Assembly (NCBI GenBank): GCA_037445065.1
Contig: JBBILD010000008.1
Coordinates: forward strand, 96,001 to 160,000
Direction: 5' to 3'
DNA: 64,000 nt
From: Myxococcales bacterium
Lineage (GTDB): Bacteria; Desulfobacterota; Binatia; HRBIN30
Shown here: piece after piece, positions 46,745-55,740 of the stretch
How positions within the stretch are numbered: the stretch's first letter is position 1
Layout of the letters: each line of letters opens with the position of its first letter
Made by a program: the position numbers and the translations under genes
The notes under the pieces: model-generated
The model's database searches: none
Told to the model about the DNA's origin: nothing
The model's input: the letters and a program-made list of their open reading frames with translations, nothing else

Positions 46745-48079
46745 ATGACGCCTTTCGATTTCGTTCCAGGGCCGGGCTCGCGGCGAGTGGTTGAAGAGGA
46801 GCGGCTCTATCTCGCTCCGGGTGTGCAGCGCATTGCCTCGCTCTCTGGCTTGGTGTTCCATCGCGGCCGAGGGTGTACGCTCGAGGACGTGGATGGCAAC
46901 CGGTACCTGGACTTTTTTGCCGGTGTCGGGGTGGCAAGCTTGGGCCACAGTCACCCGCGCTTCGTTAGCGCCGTTCAGCGGCAGGTGGAGCGGTTGGTTG
47001 TCGGCAGCTTCACTTCGCAAGCCCGCGCTCGCCTCTTGCGCCTGTTGGCGGAACTAGGCCCGGGCAGGCTGCAGCGGTCCCAACTGTACAGTGGTGGTGC
47101 CGAGGCCGTAGAAGCAGCCATTCGGCTGGCGAAGTCGTACACGAAGAAATTCGAAGTGATTGGATTCTGGGGTGGTTTTCACGGGAAGACCGGTGGAGTC
47201 ATCGGCCTGATTGGCGATCCCTGGAAACAGCATTGGGGACCGTTGCCTCCCGGAACGCACTTGCTGCCGTACGCGGATTGTTACCGCTGCCCGTTCGACC
47301 TGCAGTACCCGAGCTGCGGTATGTTTTGCTTGGAGTTCGCACGCCGGGCCATCAAACGGAGCACTGCCGGAGCCGTTGCGGCCATTGTCGTCGAGCCGAT
47401 GCAAGGGACGGCGGGGAACGTGATTCCTCCGCCTGAGTTTCTGCCTGGCGTGGCGGAAATCGCGCGTGAGCACGATGCGGTGCTGATTTGCGACGAGATC
47501 ATTACCGGCTTTGGGCGTACGGGAACAATGTTCGCGTGCGAGCACACCGGGGTCGAGCCAGACGTAATGACGATCGGGAAGGGCTTCGGGAACGGCTTCC
47601 CGATCAGCGGCCTCATTGCCCGCGAGGAGGTTACGCAAGCAGAACCGTTCTCCAGACCGAGCGCCTCTTCTTCCAGCTACGGAGGGAATCCCCTGGCAGC
47701 CACCGCGGCCCTCGCGACGGTGGAAACCATCGTCGAAGAAAACTTGGTCACGCACGCCGCCCGGGTCGGCGAGCGGTTACTGAATGAGCTGCGAGCCCTG
47801 CAGGAAAAGTACCCCTTTGTCGGCGACGTGCGTGGCGCTGGGCTTCTTATCGGTCTGGACCTGGTGCGCGATCGGCGCAGTAAGGAGCCTTTGCCCGCCG
47901 AAGTAACCGAGTGGGTCTTCCTGCAGGCGCTGCAGCGGGGTTTGCTGTTTATGGGGTACTTCTCCCGCGTTCGCATCAATCCTCCGTTGGTTCTAACCGA
48001 GAGTGAGGCGCGCGACGGGGCGGCAATCTTGGACGAGGTGTTTGCTGAGTTGGAGCGGAGTGGGCGGCATCGCGCATGA
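46745..48079 (+). CDS. Class III PLP-dependent aminotransferase
   Basis: 'DVDGNRYLDF', 'GAEAVEAA', 'FHGKT', 'EPMQG', 'DEIITGFGRTG', 'GKGFGNG', 'YGGNPL'. Confidence 0.95.
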   Translation: MTPFDFVPGPGSRRVVEEERLYLAPGVQRIASLSGLVFHRGRGCTLEDVDGNRYLDFFAGVGVASLGHSHPRFVSAVQRQVERLVVGSFTSQARARLLRLLAELGPGRLQRSQLYSGGAEAVEAAIRLAKSYTKKFEVIGFWGGFHGKTGGVIGLIGDPWKQHWGPLPPGTHLLPYADCYRCPFDLQYPSCGMFCLEFARRAIKRSTAGAVAAIVVEPMQGTAGNVIPPPEFLPGVAEIAREHDAVLICDEIITGFGRTGTMFACEHTGVEPDVMTIGKGFGNGFPISGLIAREEVTQAEPFSRPSASSSSYGGNPLAATAALATVETIVEENLVTHAARVGERLLNELRALQEKYPFVGDVRGAGLLIGLDLVRDRRSKEPLPAEVTEWVFLQALQRGLLFMGYFSRVRINPPLVLTESEARDGAAILDEVFAELERSGRHRA

Positions 48080-49092
48080 CACGACGGCGGCGTGGGGCAC
48101 TGCTTGGCTTCGGAGAAATGGCGCGCCTGGGGCACTTGCCTGCCTGGAGGGAGCGGCCGGAGTTCGAACTGGTCGCGGTGGTTGACCCCAACCCGGAGCG
48201 ACTGGCATTGGCCCGGCAGGCCCTACCACACGCTCGGCCCTGCTCGACCTTGGAGGAATTGTGGGAGCACGGCCCCCTCGACTTCGTAGACATTGCTACG
48301 CCACCCACTTTCCACACCGCTATGGCCCGAGCTGCCCTCGATCGCGGGATCGCTGTTTTGTGCGAAAAGCCCTTGACGACGAATTTGACCGAATTCCTCG
48401 TGCTCGCGGCCATCAGCCGGAGCGGCGGTATTGCCCTCCACACGGTTCACAATTGGCGCCATTCGCCTGCGCAGCGGGCCGTTTCCGCGTTGTTGCAAAG
48501 CGGGCGTATCGGACGAGTGCGTCGCGCCGAAATCCGCGTCGAACGAGAAGGGTGTGCGGTGGGAAGCGCAGGTGACTGGCGCCTGCTGGGCGAGGTCGCG
48601 GGAGGGGGAATCCTCACCGATCACGGCTGGCATGCGTTCTATTTGGTCGCGGGGTGGTTGGGCGGCACCCCGCGATTCGTTCGCGCCTCGGCGGAGCAGC
48701 GGCGCTACCTCCATGCCGAGGTGGAAGATACGTCGCACTGCGTGATCGAGTTCCCGAGCGGAACGGCGGAGCTGCACCTCACTTGGGCTGCGTCACGACG
48801 CCACACAGCGTGGCGAATCGAAGGGGAGCGCGGGGAAATTCGAGTCGAGCAAGGGGTTTTGGTGCTCGAGGATGAGCGGGGGCGGATGCGGCGGCCAGTT
48901 GCGGGGCTGTCTGCTGGTTCCCATCACCCGGATTGGTTCGGCGCCGTCATCGAGGAGTTTCGTTCTGTCCTGGAGGACCCTACGCAGTCCAATTTAGAGC
49001 AGGCCGGCTGGTGCGTGGCTCTCCTGAGCCAGGCGTACCGCTCGATTCGTCAAGGGGGAGCCAGGGTGCCTGTGTCCCTGTCGCTCCCGTGA
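48076..49092 (+). CDS. Gfo/Idh/MocA family NAD(P)-dependent oxidoreductase
   Basis: 'GFGEMA', 'IATPP', 'LCEKPL', 'GGGILTDHGWH'. Confidence 0.92.
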   Translation: MTRRRRGALLGFGEMARLGHLPAWRERPEFELVAVVDPNPERLALARQALPHARPCSTLEELWEHGPLDFVDIATPPTFHTAMARAALDRGIAVLCEKPLTTNLTEFLVLAAISRSGGIALHTVHNWRHSPAQRAVSALLQSGRIGRVRRAEIRVEREGCAVGSAGDWRLLGEVAGGGILTDHGWHAFYLVAGWLGGTPRFVRASAEQRRYLHAEVEDTSHCVIEFPSGTAELHLTWAASRRHTAWRIEGERGEIRVEQGVLVLEDERGRMRRPVAGLSAGSHHPDWFGAVIEEFRSVLEDPTQSNLEQAGWCVALLSQAYRSIRQGGARVPVSLSLP

Positions 49093-49111
49093 GCGGGAAC
49101 GAGGAGTGGAC

Positions 49112-50299
49112 ATGGATCGCGCGGTGATTCTACCGCCCACGGAAGCTAGCTTTTGGCGCGTTGCGGGGCTCACGGTATTGGAACGGGTAATACGGACTGC
49201 CCAGCGCGCTGGTTTCCAGACGGTGGCGGTGTGGTTGCCGGAGGAGCGAGATCCCGCCCCGTGCGGGAGTGCCGAGCGCAATGCTCGACCTCTCTTGTCC
49301 GACGTCCGTCTCCAGCCAAAACCCCGATTGGATGACCATGTGTGGGTGCTTTTGCCGAGCGATGCAGTGTGGCCGGCTGCTACCTTACACGCTTTGCGTG
49401 GGTTGCCCCTGAACGGCGCCGTACAGGAGATCGAGCTTGCGCCGGGCGTGAGCGTGTGGGTCGGGCCCGGAAAGCAATTGACTCGCATCCTCGAGGGTTG
49501 CGAGCCTGCTCGCGCCGCAAAGCTTTTAAGTACGCTAGCCAGCGCAAAACTCTCTCTGCCCGACGGGGTAGGCGTGCGAGTCGCACAGCGCCGAGCCGTG
49601 GATCACGCCGAGCGCGTGCTGTGCGAACACATTCGCGGCCAGACGGCGGGGTCGGATGGTTTGCTGGCACGCTGGTTCGACCGCCGACTGTCGCTTTGGC
49701 TGAGCCGACAAATCGTTCGCTACACCTCGCTCCGCCCGAATCATATCACGCTGCTGGGCACCGCCGTGGGCTTGTTTGGGGCTGCTTTGCTGCTGCGTGG
49801 CGAGTACGCGAGCAATGTGCTGGGAACAGCGTTGTTCTGGCTGGCGACGGTGCTCGATGGATGCGACGGAGAGGTGGCTCGGCTCAAACTGAGCGAGTCG
49901 AAATTTGGGCAGGTGCTGGACGTGGCTACCGACAACCTCGTCCACGCGGCTGTGTTTCTCGGCCTGGGGTTGGGTTACGCCCGCGCGCAGCCGGAGGCCC
50001 CGTACGGGTGGCTCACGGTTTTGTTGCTCGGCGGCTTCGTCTGCGCTGGAGGTGCGAGCTACTTTGCGCTGGTGCGGCACCCCGAACTTTTTGTGGGGGA
50101 CCAGCGCCGTGCCTCGCGAACAGCCCGGATGCGAGCGGCTTTGCTGCAGGGACTCAAGGCGCTCATGACCCGGGATTTTGCGTATCTGCTTTTGCTTCTC
50201 GCTTTCCTCGACCGCTTGCATTGGTTCTTGTGGGGTGCAGCTTTCGGCACGTACGGTTTTTGTCTCCTGCTTTTGCTCCTCTACCGCTGGCGCCCTTGA
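49112..50299 (+). CDS. CDP-alcohol phosphotransferase with degenerate N-terminal NTP-transferase-like domain
   Basis: 'PNHITL' and signature 'DGCDGEVARLKLSESKFGQVLDVATD'; N-terminal 'VAGLTVLERVIR'. Confidence 0.9.
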   Translation: MDRAVILPPTEASFWRVAGLTVLERVIRTAQRAGFQTVAVWLPEERDPAPCGSAERNARPLLSDVRLQPKPRLDDHVWVLLPSDAVWPAATLHALRGLPLNGAVQEIELAPGVSVWVGPGKQLTRILEGCEPARAAKLLSTLASAKLSLPDGVGVRVAQRRAVDHAERVLCEHIRGQTAGSDGLLARWFDRRLSLWLSRQIVRYTSLRPNHITLLGTAVGLFGAALLLRGEYASNVLGTALFWLATVLDGCDGEVARLKLSESKFGQVLDVATDNLVHAAVFLGLGLGYARAQPEAPYGWLTVLLLGGFVCAGGASYFALVRHPELFVGDQRRASRTARMRAALLQGLKALMTRDFAYLLLLLAFLDRLHWFLWGAAFGTYGFCLLLLLLYRWRP

Positions 50300-50313
50300 G
50301 AGGTGGGCGAGCC

Positions 50314-51318
50314 ATGGGAGTACTGCGCTCGCGGAAATTCGAGGCGGCCTTTTTTCTCCTGGGCATCGCGTTGTTTGCCTGGCTGGCGCAGCGCTTTGGC
50401 TGGTCAACGCTCGTGGATGCGGTGCAACTCGCCGGCTGGGGTTTGCTGGCCGTTGTCGCGCAGGAGATCCTCGCGCATCTCTTGAACACGCTCGGCTGGT
50501 ATTTTGCGTTTGCCCGCACCAGCCGCCGCCCTCCGTTCTCCTCGATGCTCCTCGCCCGCATCGCGGGGGATGCCGCCAATTACCTTACCCCGACTGCGAC
50601 CCTGGGTGGTGAGTTTGTCCGCTTGCAACTGCTGCGGGATGCTACCCATGGCCGGGAGCTGGTGGCTTCGCTGGCGGTAGCGAAGTTGGCGCAAAGCGCG
50701 GGACAAGTGGTGTTTATTTCTGCCGGTGCCCTCGTGCTCCTGCCGGCCCTTGCACTCGATGCGAAGTGGTGGTGGACGATAGCTGCAACCATCGCGCTCA
50801 TGGCCGTAGCGTTGGCCGTGCTTTTGTGGTGGCAGCGGCGAGGTATGTTCACTTCGCTGGGAGGTTGGCTGGGACGCGCCAACCCTTTAGCGCGCGAGCG
50901 ATGGGACCGCCGCTTGGCTGTGCTCGACGCCGAAGTTAGCCGCGTGTACCAGGAGGCCGGGCTGCGCATGCCGCTTTCGGTGCTCGCCTTTGCTCTCGGT
51001 TGGGCGGCGGGCGTGATCGAGATGTACCTGATCCTCTGGTGTTTAGGATTGCCGGCAAGCTGGAGCCTCGCGCTGGCGATCGAGGTGCTCTCGGTGACCG
51101 TTGACGGTTTGCTCTTTTTTATTCCGGCCAAAATGGGTGCGCAGGAGGGGGGTAAGGCGTTGATCTTTGCCCTCTTGGGGCTGGACCCGAGCCGCGGCTT
51201 CTCTGCTGGCGTGCTGCGCCGAATTCGTGAACTGGTTTGGTCGGGCGTTGGCCTTGGCCTGTGGTGGCTCGTCCGCTGGCGGAACGGAGTGCAGGTCTCC
51301 GCGGCCAGTTTGGGGTAA
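50314..51318 (+). CDS. Lysylphosphatidylglycerol synthase TM / flippase-like protein (HpnL-like)
   Basis: Multi-TM; 'RIAGDAANYLTPTATLGGE', 'IPAKMGAQEGG', 'RRIREL'. Confidence 0.82.
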   Translation: MGVLRSRKFEAAFFLLGIALFAWLAQRFGWSTLVDAVQLAGWGLLAVVAQEILAHLLNTLGWYFAFARTSRRPPFSSMLLARIAGDAANYLTPTATLGGEFVRLQLLRDATHGRELVASLAVAKLAQSAGQVVFISAGALVLLPALALDAKWWWTIAATIALMAVALAVLLWWQRRGMFTSLGGWLGRANPLARERWDRRLAVLDAEVSRVYQEAGLRMPLSVLAFALGWAAGVIEMYLILWCLGLPASWSLALAIEVLSVTVDGLLFFIPAKMGAQEGGKALIFALLGLDPSRGFSAGVLRRIRELVWSGVGLGLWWLVRWRNGVQVSAASLG

Positions 51319-51327
51319 GGAGGGGGC

Positions 51328-52296
51328 TTGCTGCCAGCGAGTGTTGCAGCAGGGCGGGAACCCGCAGCGCGTCTCGGGCCGCAGCAGGCTCTTATCGTCT
51401 CTGCAGATGATTTTGGCCTCTCCCACGGCGTCAACGAGGCAGTCCGGCAGGCGCACTGCCACGGTGTGCTCACCAATGCGAGCCTGATGGTCAATGGCTC
51501 AGCGTTCGAGGAAGCGGTAGACATCGCGCACTCGCTGCCGAGCATGGGCGTGGGCTTGCACTTGGTGCTCTTGCAGGGGCGCGCAACCCTTACCGAACTC
51601 GACCTCCCAGGACTGATTTCTCGCGAGGGTTTCTTCCGGCAAGACCCGGTCCGTACCGGCTTGCTCTATTTTTTCGCAAAGCGCTTGCGCGACCAACTCG
51701 AAAGAGAAATCCGCGCTCAGCTCGAAAAGTTCCTGGCCAGCGGGCTCGCGTTGTCGCACGTTGACGGGCATTTGAACATCCACGTGCACCCAACGGTGCT
51801 GAGCATCCTTGTCAGCGTTGCGGCGGAGTACGGCATTCGCGCCCTGCGCCTGCCTAGGGAGCCTTTGCGGTTATCGCTGCGCGCTAACCACTCGCAACTG
51901 CTGCGCAAAGTGGTCGAGTCACTCACCTTTCGCGCGTTGTGCCGCCATGCGGCCAGGCGGCTCGACGAGCATCGGATCGCTTATCCCGATCAGCTTTTTG
52001 GGTTGCATCACTCGGGGCACATGACCGAATCGTACCTGCGGGTGATGACCGAGAGCCTGCCGCCAGGAGTGACCGAAATCTACACGCATGCTTCGCGGGT
52101 GGACGACGAGGCAGCCCGTTGGCGTCCGCGGGACTACGAGTGTGAAGGCGAGCTGCAAGCTTTGCTCAGTGCGCAACTAAAACAGCAGATCCAAGACCGT
52201 GGCATCGCGCTGATCACGTACCGGGATCTGCCGCGACTTCGGGGGGCGGAGCAGAACGAGACTCGGTCGCCGTCGCAAGCAACGCTGCTCCGCTAA
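51328..52296 (+). CDS. hpnK: Hopanoid-associated deacetylase HpnK (YdjC/ChbG family)
   Basis: 'SADDFGL', 'GVLTNASLMV', 'GLHLVL', 'EIRAQ', 'HVDGHLNIHVHP'; near hpnJ. Confidence 0.85.
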   Translation: MLPASVAAGREPAARLGPQQALIVSADDFGLSHGVNEAVRQAHCHGVLTNASLMVNGSAFEEAVDIAHSLPSMGVGLHLVLLQGRATLTELDLPGLISREGFFRQDPVRTGLLYFFAKRLRDQLEREIRAQLEKFLASGLALSHVDGHLNIHVHPTVLSILVSVAAEYGIRALRLPREPLRLSLRANHSQLLRKVVESLTFRALCRHAARRLDEHRIAYPDQLFGLHHSGHMTESYLRVMTESLPPGVTEIYTHASRVDDEAARWRPRDYECEGELQALLSAQLKQQIQDRGIALITYRDLPRLRGAEQNETRSPSQATLLR

Positions 52297-53086
52297 TGGC
52301 CAAAACGAAGGCCAGCAGGCGATAACTTGCCTCTGGCTGCTGTGGGGGAAGACGCTCGCCGAGCACGACCAAACCAGCGACGATGGGCAACATGTCGGAA
52401 AGAACTGTGAGGATCGGCACCACCACCACACCGCGCCCGTGCTGCAGTGCTGACTGCATCAGGGAAAAGCCGGCGACATTGGTAACGATAGTCAGCCAAA
52501 GAGCTGAGCTACGCAGCACCTCGGCCAAGGACGGCGCCACCGCCAGGAGTTTCGCAAAAAGCCCTGAGAGACCGAGGATCAGACCCGCCGCGATCGAGTA
52601 CCCTACGGGCCGCCCCGGCCGCGAATCGAGCCCGAATGCCAGCGTGGCAAGCAACACTTGAGTCGCGACGAACCACCACAAACCTCGCGGTGCGGTCGGG
52701 AGCACCGGCTCGTCGTCCAAGGAAAGCCCGAACAAGACCAAGGCCACGGTGATCGAGAGGGCTCCGAGCCACTCCCGTTTCCCCGCCGACTCGCCGAGCA
52801 GCGAAACTGCCAAGAGCAGGAACAGGACCAGCCCCCCGCTCAAAGCAGTGTGGACGAGGGACAGAGGAGCGAAGCGGAGCACGGCAAGATAGAGTCCGTA
52901 CCCAAGCGCTTGCAGGGCGACTCCCCAGAGCCAGGCAGGGTTGCGCAAGAAAGCCGCCCACGATCGGAACCGTAGGCCACCCGCCAGTTCCGGCATCTTT
53001 GGTGCCTCGCGCTTCATCAGGTAGAGGCCGCAACTCAGAAAAGCGCTGGCTACGGCGGCAAGAAACAGGGCGAGTTGCGGGCTCAT
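52214..53086 (-). CDS. DMT/EamA-like membrane transporter
   Basis: About 9 TM helices, 'APLSLVH', 'LLGES', 'VLGERLP'; downstream of hpnJ; 3' end overlaps hpnK by 83 nt. Confidence 0.75.
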   Translation of the reverse strand: MSPQLALFLAAVASAFLSCGLYLMKREAPKMPELAGGLRFRSWAAFLRNPAWLWGVALQALGYGLYLAVLRFAPLSLVHTALSGGLVLFLLLAVSLLGESAGKREWLGALSITVALVLFGLSLDDEPVLPTAPRGLWWFVATQVLLATLAFGLDSRPGRPVGYSIAAGLILGLSGLFAKLLAVAPSLAEVLRSSALWLTIVTNVAGFSLMQSALQHGRGVVVVPILTVLSDMLPIVAGLVVLGERLPPQQPEASYRLLAFVLAISGAALLATATESRSAPPPEVAADPGT

Positions 53087-53188
53087 GCGTGCAGTCGGGC
53101 CGAGCTGTTGCAAAACTCCTGCAGAGCTGCCCCCGGGGCCAATGTTCCGTTCGGGGAGGGGTGAGCAACCAGGTGAGGAGTCAAGCGG

Positions 53189-54622
53189 TCAGGCAGATGC
53201 TGCCGGCTCCCGCCTCTGGGCAAAGAAGGAGAAAAACTCGCGCGCCTCGCGCAAGCGGCGAACCATCACTTTGCGGTCTTTGAGCATGTCCTTCATAATC
53301 CGCAGAATCGGCCGCGGGCGCAGGTAAAACGCCTTGTAAAAATGCTCGAGCGCCTCGTGCATTTCCTGCGACGAGAGTTCTGGGTAGTTCAGAACCGCTT
53401 GCTGGATACCGTGGTCTTCTACGAGTCCGTCTTCTCGATCCGGCGGTAGCCAGCCTTTTTCCTTCGCCTGACGGTACAACTCCGTTCCCGGATACGGGGC
53501 AGCCAGGGACACCTGCAAGCTGTACGGGTCGAGTTCCTTGGCGAACTCGAGGGTGCGCGCGATGGTTTCTGGCGTCTCGCCCGGCAGGCCAATGATAAAC
53601 GTGCCGTGCACCAAGATGCCGAGCTTATGGCAATCGCGCATGAATTCGCGCGCGCGGTCCACCCGCGTGCCTTTGCGGATATTGTTCAAGATGTGTTGGT
53701 TCCCGGTTTCGAAGCCAACCAAGAGCAGCCGCAGCCCATTGTCCTTGAGCACCTTGAGCGTTTCGTACGGGACGTTTGCTTTCGCGTTGCAGGACCATGT
53801 GATCCCTAGTTTCCCGAGGCCGCGCGCGATTGCCTCGGCGCGCGGGCGATCATCGGTAAAGGTGTCGTCGTCGAAAAAGAACTCCCGCACCTGAGGAAAA
53901 ATCTCTTTGGCGTGCGCCATCTCAGCGATCACGTGCTCGGCGCTGCGGGTGCGGTAGACGTGCCCGGCGATCGTTTGTGGCCACAAGCAAAAGCTGCATT
54001 TGCTCCGGCAGCCGCGCCCGGTGTACAAGGACACGTACGGGTGCTGCAAATAACCAATGTAGTAGTTCTCGATGACGAGGTGCTTTTTGTACACGTCCAC
54101 CACGAACGGGAACGCATCTAGGTCGTGGATGGGCGGCCGAGTCGGGGTGCGCCGGATCTCCGTTCCCTCGCGGTACGCCAATCCGGCCACGTTCTGGTAG
54201 GGCTGGCCTTCGGCGATGTCGCGGATCACGTAGTCGAATTCGCCGAGCGTGACAAAGTCCACCGCAGGAGCCACCTGCAGTGTCTGCTCAGGAAGCACCA
54301 TGGTGTGGGCGCCGACAAAGCCGATCACGGCGTGCGGGTACGCCTCTTTGAGGGCGGCCGCGACTTTGGCGTCGGACCGCAACGATGGCGTAGAGGTGTG
54401 GATGACGATCAAATCGTGGCCAGCCGCGCGCTGAATGACTTCTTCCAAGCCGAGTTCGTGCGGCGGTGCATCAATCAACGTACTGTCGGGAAGCAGCGAT
54501 GCAGCCTGGGCAAGCCAAGTCGGGTACCAGAAGGAACGGACTTCGCGCCGCGCCTGGTAGCGCGACCCAGCCCCGCCGTCGAAATGGTCGAACGACGGTG
54601 GGTTCAAGAACAACGTTTTCAT
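53189..54622 (-). CDS. hpnJ: Hopanoid biosynthesis radical SAM protein HpnJ
   Basis: N-terminus 'MKTLFLNPPSFDHFDGGAGSRYQARREVRSFWYPTWLAQ', CxxxCxxC 'CRSKCSFCLWPQT', 'FFDDDTF'. Confidence 0.93.
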   Translation of the reverse strand: MKTLFLNPPSFDHFDGGAGSRYQARREVRSFWYPTWLAQAASLLPDSTLIDAPPHELGLEEVIQRAAGHDLIVIHTSTPSLRSDAKVAAALKEAYPHAVIGFVGAHTMVLPEQTLQVAPAVDFVTLGEFDYVIRDIAEGQPYQNVAGLAYREGTEIRRTPTRPPIHDLDAFPFVVDVYKKHLVIENYYIGYLQHPYVSLYTGRGCRSKCSFCLWPQTIAGHVYRTRSAEHVIAEMAHAKEIFPQVREFFFDDDTFTDDRPRAEAIARGLGKLGITWSCNAKANVPYETLKVLKDNGLRLLLVGFETGNQHILNNIRKGTRVDRAREFMRDCHKLGILVHGTFIIGLPGETPETIARTLEFAKELDPYSLQVSLAAPYPGTELYRQAKEKGWLPPDREDGLVEDHGIQQAVLNYPELSSQEMHEALEHFYKAFYLRPRPILRIMKDMLKDRKVMVRRLREAREFFSFFAQRREPAASA

Positions 54623-54655
54623 CGCCACAGCATCACCCCGTTTCCAGGCCGCTGC

Positions 54656-54684
54656 ACAGTAACCGAGCCCACCTGCACGATCAA
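54656..54684 (-). promoter_or_regulatory. Putative sigma70 promoter of hpnJ
   Basis: TTGATC-17 nt-TACTGT on the minus strand, about 33 nt upstream of the ATG. Confidence 0.55.
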
Positions 54685-54930
54685 GGCAAAGTGCGCGCAG
54701 CTTTGGGGAAGGGTTTCCTTGTCTTTGGCCCGATGGTGCTTCTCGACAGCCTGGGTGTGCCGCCTGGGAGGAATGGGCGGAAGGGAAAGTCGCAGTGAGC
54801 AACGAAGCGATCCGCCCGCTCTGACGGTAGCCGGATGGAGGCACGAGCGAAAAGAACGGCTGGGGTGGAGGCAACGTTGGCGGAAATCGAGTTCTGGCTA
54901 GCCGCGGCGGTGAGGTGCTAACTAGCCGCC

Positions 54931-55740
54931 ATGGCAAAAGCGACGGTTTTGGCGCTTACCGCCGGAGCGGTGATGTGGCTGACGTTCCTTGGCCACTCTG
55001 CGCGCGCGCAAAGCAAGTTTGCGGGGCTAGTTGAAACGCGGCGCGTGGAGGTGGATGCAAACACGTTGGTTCGCGTTCTGGGTGGAGTTGCCGGGGATCC
55101 GGTGCAAGTGTTCAGCTTGCCGAGTGAGCGGATCGTGCGCCTGAAAGAGCAGGGAGATCCCGGGGTGCAAGTCAAGGAAGAAGTCTTCCGTGTGCGAGAC
55201 GGTGTTGTTCGCGCAGATGTACCCTGGCGGAACGGGCCTTCGTTTGTCCTGATCCGCGTTGGTCAGGACGTTATGGAATGGGTCCATCCCGGGGAACGCA
55301 CTGTGATCCAGTGGCGCAAACCGCCCATTTTGCGCCAGCTCACGCCGAGCCCGACTCCCGCGTTACAACCCTTGCAGCGAACGGTTTCGCTGGGGGGCCT
55401 CGAGGCCGAAGGCTACCAGCTCAAGCGAGGAAGCGAGATCGCCTGGGTGTGGATTGCTCGCTCGCCTGCAGGCCTGGCGGAAATCGCGAAAGCCGTGGCC
55501 GCCTTATCGCAGGCAATCAAACCGGAAGCGGAGCGCGTGGACGATTTTGCAATACGGGCCGCTTCTGCGATCGGATTTCCGGCCCGTGTGCAGGCGTGGA
55601 CTGCGCGTGGCTACACCTTGTACGAAGTGGTGCGCGTGGAGCCGAAGGAACAACCCGCGGAGGATTTTGCGGCGCCGCGGGACTTTCGCCGCGTGTCTAC
55701 GGGCGATCTCCAAGGCGAGAAAGAGAGCCGACAGCCGTGA
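54931..55740 (+). CDS. Secreted protein, DUF4412-like
   Basis: Signal peptide ending ARA, beta-rich body, C-terminal 'EQPAEDFAAPRDFRRV'. Confidence 0.6.
   Translation: MAKATVLALTAGAVMWLTFLGHSARAQSKFAGLVETRRVEVDANTLVRVLGGVAGDPVQVFSLPSERIVRLKEQGDPGVQVKEEVFRVRDGVVRADVPWRNGPSFVLIRVGQDVMEWVHPGERTVIQWRKPPILRQLTPSPTPALQPLQRTVSLGGLEAEGYQLKRGSEIAWVWIARSPAGLAEIAKAVAALSQAIKPEAERVDDFAIRAASAIGFPARVQAWTARGYTLYEVVRVEPKEQPAEDFAAPRDFRRVSTGDLQGEKESRQP

Noticed and set aside
49342..50313. Apparent 658-aa ORF implying a dual-coding overlap with the CDP-alcohol phosphotransferase
   Set aside because: First 324 codons are an off-frame open stretch; the membrane protein starts at ATG 50314 after an RBS-like GAGGTG
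54623..54937. 105-aa extension of HpnJ
   Set aside because: The family N-terminus (MKTLFL.PPSF) begins at 54622 and a promoter-like element lies inside the extension
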